This document shows positions 11,993 to 21,449 of a DNA stretch of 35,830 nt, one piece after another. Below the pieces are notes generated by a model that saw only the letters and a list, made by a program, of their open reading frames with translations, searched no databases and had not been told where the DNA came from. Position numbers and translations under genes: made by a program. Each line of letters begins with the position of its first letter. Positions within the stretch are counted from its first letter, which is position 1. This DNA comes from Octopus bimaculoides (lineage: Eukaryota), in assembly GCF_001194135.2 (NCBI RefSeq), contig NC_068986.1:53802872-53838701 (forward strand), given 5' to 3'.

Positions 11993-13427
11993 CTATATCA
12001 TAAGAAAAACTTTGATCAAAATATTAGAAACTTCCCCTCACAACAGTATAAAAACTGAAGTAATTTTACTTATCTACCAATAAATGCAATTTTTGCCAAA
12101 ACAGATTTTCATTAGTTTTCTTGGATTCTGTTTCTTTAACTGTAAAACAAGATACCTTTTCTACTCAATATTAACTTTGCCTTAGAAGAATGGTGAATGG
12201 TAAAGTAGGGAGTCAGATAAAATACCTTGTGTCCACCTTAAAATCCAATATCCTAGATCTATCTTTTATTGTTAATAACTAATTTTATATTACTATTTTA
12301 AAAAATTATTTCACCTTTTAGTTAAGGAAGTTGTGACTGATGATCTCTTGTCAATACTTTAAAAAATTATTTTATCCTTTAGTTGAGGAGGCTCAGGAAT
12401 ATATATTCTCTCAACTGTAGTCTAGGCACTCACCATAATACTTTTTTATAATATGAGCAAACTGTCAGCATTCACCAGCCATATCAACTGAACATATATT
12501 GAACCAATGAGGATGGTTGATTGGAAGACTCCTTAGCACATCAGATAAAATGGCTTGCAGTATTTGTTCTGTCTCTTTACATTTTGAGTTCAAATTATGC
12601 AAAGGATAAATTTGCCTTTAATTCTTGTAAGGTCAGTAAACTAGAGTACTCATTAAGGATCAGAGTCAATATGACCCACTGCTGATCAGTGCCTGATACA
12701 AGGGGCTACCATAGTACAGTAGAGCTCAAATCCCTGCCCAACCATGGGGCTTTGGTGTTGACATGAAATGATACACCAGTTGAAGTTGATTGCTTTCACA
12801 ACAATATTACCTATATGTAACATTCTATATTACTGCCAACACACATATCCACTCGTCCACTCACATAAACACATACATACACTCTTTTTATAAAAGCAGA
12901 TCTTATTAAAAAGAGATAATTAACAAAAAAGCACCTGAGCACTGTATGCAATAATTTCATAATACATATAACACAGTAGGTTTATACAGTTCTCACCATT
13001 CTAGAAATAACAACAAAATTTCACACAAATCATGCCATATTGCTTAAAAAGAAGGAAGCATAATGTAATGATGAAAGACACTTCAGCCACAACCATTCCA
13101 TATTTTTCGCTTTTTTGCAGTAAATGTGTATCTGAGACTATGTTATCCAATGTGTTTCACTTTTTTGTTTCTGACAGTAGGGTGTGATTTAAGGGATTTT
13201 TATCAGCTGGTCCTGATTATGATGACTGGTATTTTTATAAAAGTAAATAAAACTTTTTTATAATTTTCTAACACAGATTTTAAAATGATCTTTAATTTTG
13301 CAAATGAACAACAAATTGCTTCTCATAATTATGAAACATTTTTTATCAACTCCAAATGATTACTAAATCACTAGCAAATATGTAACCTTTCCAACATGAA
13401 GAGTTTAAATAATTTTTTCTCACTTAC

Positions 13428-13558
13428 AGCATCCAGTGGTAGAAGGAGTTTGGATATGTCATTTGAAAGTAACAAGCTGTCCAGGTCTGAAGGGAACTGT
13501 TCTGTTAAGAGATTCTCTTCAACATCAAAAGATCTGAGTTTTGTATTTGGGCTTGAAC
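13428..13558 (-). CDS. bZIP gene, middle coding exon (GSSPNTKLRSFDVEENLL...LLPLDA)
   Basis: Acceptor ttttttccccaccag|GT (phase 1), donor GCT|GTAAGT (phase 0, matches the 10832 acceptor); 131 nt, open, acidic/Leu-rich like the start of the next exon. Confidence 0.88.
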
Positions 13559-13659
13559 CTGGTGGGGAAAAAACACATAAAACATGAACAAAAATAGGCA
13601 CAGACTTGGTTGTGCGATTATCAAGTTTTCTTTCTAAGCATGGAATTAATATCAGTACT

Positions 13660-13765
13660 AAGCCCTTTATGCAAGTGTCTTCTACTATAGCTTCACATAG
13701 ACCAATATTTTGTGGGTGGAATTTGGAGACGGAAAATATGCAGAGGTTTGTCGTGTGTGTGTGTG
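13660..13765 (+). mobile_element. Partial SINE-A in the bZIP intron
   Basis: gcaagtgtcttctactatagc...gacggaaaa...gtcgtgtgtg matches the 3' half of the head. Confidence 0.7.
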
Positions 13766-14211
13766 TGTGAGTGAGAGTGCATGTATGCTTATGCTCACAT
13801 CCCATATCTTAACAGTTTGACAAATATATTTTAATAAAGTAAGTATAAGACTGAAATAAGAACTGGGGTTGATCTGATCAACTACACACTTGATGATGGT
13901 GTTGCAGTTTGACTGTAGACCAATCAGTGCCACATTTAGGCATGGGTATAAAGTGTTGTAGGGCATCCAACGCCTAAGTGTAAAGTTATTGAAGATATTA
14001 CTAGGGATCTCACAGTACTTGTAGTCAAGGAGTCTACAAATCTTAATACAGTTGTGAGTCCAATGATTGGAACTAGTAATTGAATAAAATGGCTTTATAA
14101 ATCGTAACAATCAATCAATCAATTTGTCTGTCAATAATATGAAAAAACAAAAAAGGAACTACAAATGAGAGGAGTCAATCATCTCAAGCAATTTTGATAG
14201 GTTACACTTAC

Positions 14212-14233
14212 CTCTGTTAAATAGGCCATTCAT
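14212..14233 (-). CDS. bZIP gene, first in-frame coding segment (MNGLFNR-G)
   Basis: Consensus donor CAGAG|GTAAGT at 14211. Phase 1 is required by the next exon; in that frame the only AUG after an upstream TAA is aagATGa at 14233. The real start is uncertain (see findings). Confidence 0.6.
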
Positions 14234-14390
14234 CTTCGATACTGTACGTGGTTAAATAAGATGTGTCAATCACTGGGGTTTCAGCTGTTGGGGAGGTATC
14301 AAATATCTGGAATATATCATCAACAACGTCAGTTTGAAGATTTGTGGATTGGTCTTGGCATTCAAGATGAGTGTTGTCTTGTGACTGCAT
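14217..14390 (-). CDS. 57-aa upstream ORF overlapping the bZIP start out of frame (MQSQDNTHLE...SIEDEWPI*)
   Basis: atcATGc at 14390 is the first AUG after the 14618 and 14484 acceptors; stop TAA 14219-14217 lies 17 nt into the main ORF. Translation itself is inferred. Confidence 0.6.
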   Translation of the reverse strand: MQSQDNTHLECQDQSTNLQTDVVDDIFQIFDTSPTAETPVIDTSYLTTYSIEDEWPI

Positions 14391-14484
14391 GATTAAATTA
14401 GTAAATAGTTCCGTGTTGTCAATAACAAAAGTATTACTTGCAGCTATTTTGCTTCCTTCTTTTTTCACTTTTGTTCCTTTCAAC
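14234..14484 (-). other. 5' leader portion of the exon ending at donor 14211
   Basis: Candidate acceptor aaccccttcag|GTTG at 14485-14486; alternatively contiguous with the 14618 exon if the 53-nt intron is retained. Confidence 0.55.
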
Positions 14485-14537
14485 CTGAAGGGGTTGTTCA
14501 GACTGTTGTATCTGGTGACTAACTGATGTTAGCTAAC

Positions 14538-14618
14538 CTGATCCAAACAGACTGCCTACTGTTGCCCTAAACAACAAGGCTAGACACAAGTGCCTAGTGC
14601 AACACGTCTTCCCCTGCC
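14538..14618 (-). other. Non-coding 5' UTR exon (81 nt)
   Basis: Strong acceptor taattttttgttttttcttcag|GGC at 14619-14620; donor CAG|GTTAGC at 14537; no AUG. Confidence 0.6.
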
Positions 14619-14907
14619 CTGAAGAAAAAACAAAAAATTAAATTAAAATTTAGAACAGTGTTTAAATATATTTTTGTTTTCTTTTTATTTTGACAAAGCA
14701 TAAAGTCATCATAACAAAAGGGAAGTTGTGATATCCATATACCTAATGCACCATTTTCCTTTTCTATAAAAACCAAATCAATTTGTCAGCCTATGATTGA
14801 ACATGTCTCATATCAAAAGCACTTAAGCTTTAATCATTCAGTCATACTCTTTTTAGGTATAGTGTATGTAGGACTATATCATCTTCAATACGTAAGTATG
14901 CTCAACC

Positions 14908-15452
14908 GAATTCTGGTTTAAGCACCCCATATAATCCCTCATAACACTTTTATTTTGGGGAATTTTCAGGAAATTTTTGCAAATTTGTGTTCTACACACA
15001 GGAATTCATGATAAATGAAAAAAAGATTTTTTGTGTGATTTAAGGGCGATTTAGCTGTTATTTTTAGCACAACTCACGACCACCTGATACCTTCCTAATT
15101 TTGTTGTTACTCTGACACTTGATGTTTTTCTATATTTTTCTTGTCATAAATACATTTAATGGAATGATGATGCACCTAGGGTGGGCCATTGCTGGGATTT
15201 AGGAAAACAATTCAGACTGTCCATATTTTCAACTCTGATTTAAAAAAAGAAAAATTCGAAAAATAGTGGAACTTTAGGATTTATGTGGTGGGGGGAAGAG
15301 AAGAGAGTTCAAATTTTTTTTTTTAAGCCTGTTTTTTTTTTTATAATCACTTGAATTCCCAAGTGCAGAACACAAATTAACAAAAAATTTCTAAAAATTC
15401 CAAAACATAAAAACGTTATGAGGGATTATATAGGGTACTTAAGCTAAAATTC
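14908..15452. repeat. Long imperfect inverted repeat (arms about 14908-15024 and 15332-15452)
   Basis: The left arm (..ataatccctcataac..aatttgtgttct..ggaattca) matches the reverse complement of the right arm throughout. Confidence 0.85.
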
Positions 15453-16129
15453 CACCATGTCCTCTTTTCAAGATTCTTGAATATTGAGGTAGATTTGACT
15501 TATTTCTAGCAGGTTGAATGATGCTGTACAGGTTTCTTTACTGACTAGTAACTATTCATTTCTTTTGACATGTAGAACAGTCTTTATAATTAATAGAATG
15601 AGGAAGGAACAACTAATGTTTGTGATTGTTAAATAGTTATTCATTTTTTCTAACTAGGCACAAAGGCAATTACTTTTTTAAATCATAGCTTATTAAACCA
15701 ATATCAGTTCATCTGTTTTTTCTCCATCCTGGTATGATTTGGACAAGTCTACTAGTATCTTGTCACTACTAACCATCCTTCTGTATATGGTATGCACATC
15801 AACTGAGAAATACCAGCTAATTCTATCATAATTTTCATTGTTATTTTTCACATGGTTTTAGTTTAAATACCCCTCTTATCACTAATCGCTCTATATCATG
15901 GACTGGATACATTTTATCATGCTATCAGACCTAGTTTTGCAGTGTGTGTGTGTGTGTTTTTTTTGGTGGGGAGACTAAAAAGTTGCTGCTACCCTATATT
16001 GTTTCCATTTGTTTCAATGATATTACCAATAATTATTTGATTGATATTAATTGTATCTCTTATCCAAAATTGCCGCTGAACCAAGAATTCAATTTGCCAA
16101 GAGCTTAACTGCTTGTCACTCAATTCAAT

Positions 16130-17250
16130 GAGGGAGCTTCCATGCAGTTGATCAACCTGCTAGAAATAACAGCCAAGTTCCCTCAAATCACATTATACCA
16201 TCTTAAAGAATAAGTATGCTGGATAATGTAGTCCTGTGTTCCCAGCACAAACCAAAAAGATGAGATGGTCACAACTGGAAAGGCTTTGATCATAGATCTA
16301 CTTGAGATCAAGATTGACCTAGAGATAAAGAGAAGCCAACAAACAAACTACTTTGTGGTCACTTCACTTGCTAGAAATAACAGTTGAATTCCCTCAAATC
16401 ACATCTTACCATTTTAAACAAAGAACACATTTGACAATGTAGTGCATGGTATATAAAAAGGCACGATGGTCATGGCTGGAATGCATTTGATTCATAGATC
16501 TGCAACACCACATTTGACATGGGACTAAATGACAATCAGTTTTCTTTTCTTCAGTTGTGTGTAGCAAGCACCAGAAGTGTCAAGATAGATAACAGGTCAC
16601 TGCCTCAATCTGCCTTATATCAGTCCAGTTTGAAATCTTTAAATTCATCATATTCAGTAATCTACACAATCTTTATAATCATCATCACAGCAGTATTGAC
16701 ATAAGCTATCAAGAAAGCTTTCATACAACAGCTCAGTACGCTAGAAATAATAATCAAATCTCTCCCAAAGTACACCCTACAGCCTTTCGAGAAAAAAAAA
16801 ATAAGGAAGCCAATGTCATATAATATGGTTCTGGATAGCACAGTCTGAAAAAAAGATGGGGACGATCACCACTGGAAAGTCTTTGGTTGGAAGTCTGTTT
16901 CATTAGGGCTGACCTAGGTATAAATAACAGAGATGGCTCGCAAAATAAACTATAAGCAATAACAACAGCTACATCTCTCTGATCATACTTCACCGTCATC
17001 TGAAAAAAAATATGCAATAGTGGATATAATGTAGTCTGAAATTTGTCTGAAAAGGCAGGATGGTCACGGTTAGAATGTCTGGGATAATAAGGACAACTCA
17101 ACCTGTAATCAAACAACTCTGACGAAGATTATGAGGTTGCTCGACCTGCTATAAATAGCAGCCAGATTTTCGGTCGGAGTGGGGGGGGGGAGCATGGTTA
17201 GAACATTTTCGATCACGTCTGTTCAGTTAAAATAAGACTAAACAACAACT
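16130..17250 (+). repeat. Cluster of five to six degenerate same-orientation copies of an about 200-bp dispersed repeat
   Basis: Recurrent cctgctagaaata(a/g)cagcc..ccctcaaatcac..gatggtca..tttgatcatagatct..gacct..aaacaac; other copies at about 885-1080 (+), 15030-15090 (-), 28390-28430 (-), 29570-29630 (-). Confidence 0.75.
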
Positions 17251-17299
17251 GCTGCGATCTTTATGATGTAATATAGCTGATTTTGTTTTTATGTATAAG

Positions 17300-17923
17300 T
17301 ATGGTCGAACTGTGGTGTTCATGCCTTTCCAAAAGGCACTAACAACGTGAAGTCAAATAAGTCCAACCAAGAATCGAAACCGAGTCAACTCGCTAACGAA
17401 TGCCGATAGCACACCCACTTTCGTAATCTACGGAACAACGATGCGTTCTCGAGTGACGTAATGGAGAAATAGGTCGGTGGTGTTGGTTGGTACACGGGTA
17501 CTAATAAAAGCAAACAACACATTTCTTAACTCGATACTTCACTATTTAATTCTGTGTTGAAAGCAAGATGATAGTGATTTCGCTGGACACTCGTACAGCA
17601 GAAAATGTTATAAGGTTCGTTAATGCGTTAAACATCTCCCCTCCTCCGTCTCTTCTCTACGAACATCGTGTCGACACAAGCAATTTGTTGCATAAGAATA
17701 AATGTAATAGCCGATATAATCAATACCGTACGTATTCATCGATGAAAGGCCACCTCGACTCGGGTGGAATATGAATCTAAGATATAACAGTGGCGACATG
17801 ATATTTCATACAACGCAATTAATACGGTTTTGTAATATCTACGTCAGAAGGGAAAAAATTCCATGCAAATTAGATTATGAACTACGCGTGGGTGCGCATA
17901 ATATATATGTGTGTATATATGTA

Positions 17924-17971
<48 letters not shown>

Positions 17972-18668
17972 CACACATATATATACACACACACACATAT
18001 ATATACATACATATATATACACACATATATACATACATATATATACACACATATATACATACATATATATATATACACATACATATATATACACATATAC
18101 ATACATATATACACACACACATATATATACACACACACATATATATACACACACACATATATATACACACACACACATATATATATATATATANNNNNNN
18201 NNNNNNNNNNNNNNNNNNNNNNNNNNNNNNNNNNNNNNNNNNNNNNNNNNNNNNNNNNNNNNNNNNNNNNNNNNNNNNNNNNNNNNNNNNNNNNNNNNNN
18301 NNNNNNNNNNNNNNNNNNNNNNNNNNNNNNNNNNNNNNNNNNNNNNNNNNNNNNNNNNNNNNNNNNNNNNNNNNNNNNNNNNNNNNNNNNNNNNNNNNNN
18401 NNNNNNNNNNNNNNNNNNNNNNNNNNNNNNNNNNNNNNNNNNNNNNNNNNNNNNNNNNNNNNNNNNNNNNNNNNNNNNNNNNNNNNNNNNNNNNNNNNNN
18501 NNNNNNNNNNNNNNNNNNNNNNNNNNNNNNNNNNNNNNNNNNNNNNNNNGTAGGGCACAAACAGATGTATTAGTTTAACGCTCGGGAAGTGAAAGTCTTT
18601 AACGTTTCGACCCATACATATATATATACATACATGTGTGCGCATGCATGTGCGAGTGAATCTATATA

Positions 18669-18724
<56 letters not shown>

Positions 18725-20983
18725 AACTGTGAAGCTATATAAGAGACTCAAAAAAACAGAGTTTCAGACAAAAAAAGAACTTGTGAAATTTTGGCTTGAC
18801 AAATGTTTTGGAACACTTCAGTTACTTATGTTGCTTCACAGCTAATAATTCGTGTGTGTGTGTAGTTCTTCACGCACGGGATAGCTTATATAGAGCGACG
18901 GCAAGATAAAATGCCCCCGTTCTACAACTGTACAATATACACAACAGTAAGTTGACCGGTTTTCGCTGTCGGTGAGCGAGCAAGCAAGACGATGCGGGCA
19001 ATGACAACAACAAAAAAAGTGGGTGGTGAAACAAGAAATAAATGTACTTAATAAAAACGATTATTATCTATAATTTTGGAGTTGTATTTTTTACACAACT
19101 TGCTTGAGAGATCGTGTGTTGAAGCTGTTACAATGACAGCATGGAAAAGTCATAACAATTACACCCACTTACACTTTTGGTGAGTACTGAAATGCGTCAA
19201 AAGAAATTCGTCGCGCATTTACGATTTGGTTAATGACACTGTTCCATTATTTGAAGCCTTTGAGGAACAACTAACATAGGTTTTAGACGAAGTTAGATGT
19301 TGATCGGGCGGCCGGGAGGCGGATTAGTGATTTCGGTGTTTAAATAAACAAGTGAATAAAAAAAAAACTGCATGTTTCTATATTTCTCAAAAATGGTTAA
19401 CAAAACCTTTTCACAAAATAAGTACACACACACACACACAGAGTTATGGTCTGATCTAATCATCAAACGCTGTAACAACCGTGACCACCTGCTCATATAT
19501 ATATATATATATATANNNNNNNNNNNNNNNNNNNNNNNNNNNNNNNNNNNNNNNNNNNNNNNNNNNNNNNNNNNNNNNNNNNNNNNNNNNNNNNNNNNNN
19601 NNNNNNNNNNNNNNNNNNNNNNNNNNNNNNNNNNNNNNNNNNNNNNNNNNNNNNNNNNNNNNNNNNNNNNNNNNNNNNNNNNNNNNNNNNNNNNNNNNNN
19701 NNNNNNNNNNNNNNNNNNNNNNNNNNNNNNNNNNNNNNNNNNNNNNNNNNNNNNNNNNNNNNNNNNNNNNNNNNNNNNNNNNNNNNNNNNNNNNNNNNNN
19801 NNNNNNNNNNNNNNNNNNNNNNNNNNNNNNNNNNNNNNNNNNNNNNNNNNNNNNNNNNNNNNNNNNNNNNNNNNNNNNNNNNNNNNNNNNNNNNNNNNNN
19901 NNNNNNNNNNNNNNNNNNNNNNNNNNNNNNNNNNNNNNNNNNNNNNNNNNNNNNNNNNNNNNNNNNNNNNNNNNNNNNNNNNNNNNNNNNNNNNNNNNNN
20001 NNNNNNNNNNNNNNNNNNNNNNNNNNNNNTTTTTTTTTTTTTTTTTTGAAATGACAATTTAGAATTACTACATCGAGTAAACGGAGTATAGACTAAATGG
20101 CATGAAAGAGAAGGAAAATGAGGAAAATATAGGCGAATGAACGAAGTATATAATTTCAAGTGTTTGGAAACATATCAGTAAATTCAATAACAATACGAAA
20201 AAAAAAAAGTTTTCTTTTTCGGGGCGGGTGAAGTTATGTGTCATTAAACAATATTGCTAAAATGCTAATCCAATTAGATCGAAACCCCCAAAATAATAAG
20301 AAAATAATAATGAAAAACGGGGAGAAAATGGAAAAACGTGTGTTACCTTCGGTAGTTCTTATACTTCTAAACAGTAAAAATACAAACACGGATGTGGTGC
20401 AATCGTGAGTTATTTTAAAATTTTGACGTCATTTCTGTCCAATTACACAAGTCTCTGTCTGTCACTCAGTTTTTTTGTCTCTCACTCTCTTTCTTTTACT
20501 CTTTCTCTCTCACTTTACTTTTTGTCTATCTCAGTCACATTGTCACATTCATGATCATCGTCAAATCTCCCTCAAACCATATTTTAACATCTTAAGCAAA
20601 AACAAACAAATAATAAAAAATATAATTTAAACATTGGTAAAGATTGACAAGGGTACACTATTCTCTTAAGTAATAATAATAATAAAAAAACGGATGGTAA
20701 TACTTAAGTGTCTTTCGTCATAAGCCTTCTCGGTCCAAGCGGACAGCAACCGTCTCCAAAGTTACATCATATCGTATCGTAGCACATTATATATAATATA
20801 TATGAGAAAGTGAAATTTTTCTGAGTAGGCCGAAGTTGCCGTTGGGCTTTATCCTGGAAGCGGGTGGGGCCTCTCCACTTCTTGTCAAATATTCAGAAGG
20901 ACCCTTCTTGAATGCCCGGACCCGTCCTTAGGGCTCCAGGCCCTGAACCGATGCCCCGGCTGAATTCCCATGTCGTGTACGCC

Positions 20984-21000
<17 letters not shown>
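17300..21000. promoter_or_regulatory. CpG-retaining, probable promoter/enhancer region of the bZIP gene (interrupted by gaps)
   Basis: Visible rise in CpG at about 17.3-17.9, 18.86-19.34 and 20.2-21.0 kb, upstream of the gene; GC box GGGCGG near 19316; CRE TGACGTCA 20424-20431. TSS not locatable. Confidence 0.5.
17900..18193. repeat. Compound (TA)/(CA) microsatellite running into a gap
   Basis: Directly visible. Confidence 0.95.
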
Positions 21001-21015
<15 letters not shown>

Positions 21016-21291
21016 GTATATATATATNNNNNNNNNNNNNNNNNNNNNNNNNNNNNNNNNNNNNNNNNNNNNNNNNNNNNNNNNNNNNNNNNNNNNNNNN
21101 NNTATATACGCACACACACATACACATAGTATATATATGTATATATGAAATTGCTTAATAGTTTATTTACAAATCCTTTAGTAAAAAAATTGCTGTCAGT
21201 GATAGGAAAGTACCAATTGTATACATTCTCCCCACACACACATACATGATATATATATATATATATAACATTCATACATACAGAAATATAT

Positions 21292-21322
<31 letters not shown>

Positions 21323-21449
21323 AGCATGCGTGTCTGTGATTATTTATGTTTTAAGTTCAAACAGCACTTAGGTCGACTTTGCCATTTATCCCTAAGCTGC
21401 CAAAATGGTGAGTGTCAGTCAAGTACTTAAACTGATGTAAACATCTGTA

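Noticed and set aside
13559-13805. N-terminal part of ORF 13371..13805
   Set aside because: Upstream of the acceptor; derived from a SINE fragment and (GT)n.
14217-14219. A-to-I editing of UAA to UGG as rescue of the upstream ORF
   Set aside because: Readthrough stays in the wrong phase and meets TGA about 10 codons into the next exon.
14241-14243. Alternative donor TACA|GTATCG that would fuse the upstream ORF in frame
   Set aside because: Phase fits, but the match to the donor consensus is very poor next to AG|GTAAGT 31 nt away; junction reads could overturn this.
16130-17250. CRISPR-like repeat array
   Set aside because: Units are long, degenerate, without unique regular spacers, in eukaryotic context.
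20825-20985. GC-rich patch with small hairpins
   Set aside because: No second copy, termini or recognisable RNA motif in the window; possibly a transposon fragment.
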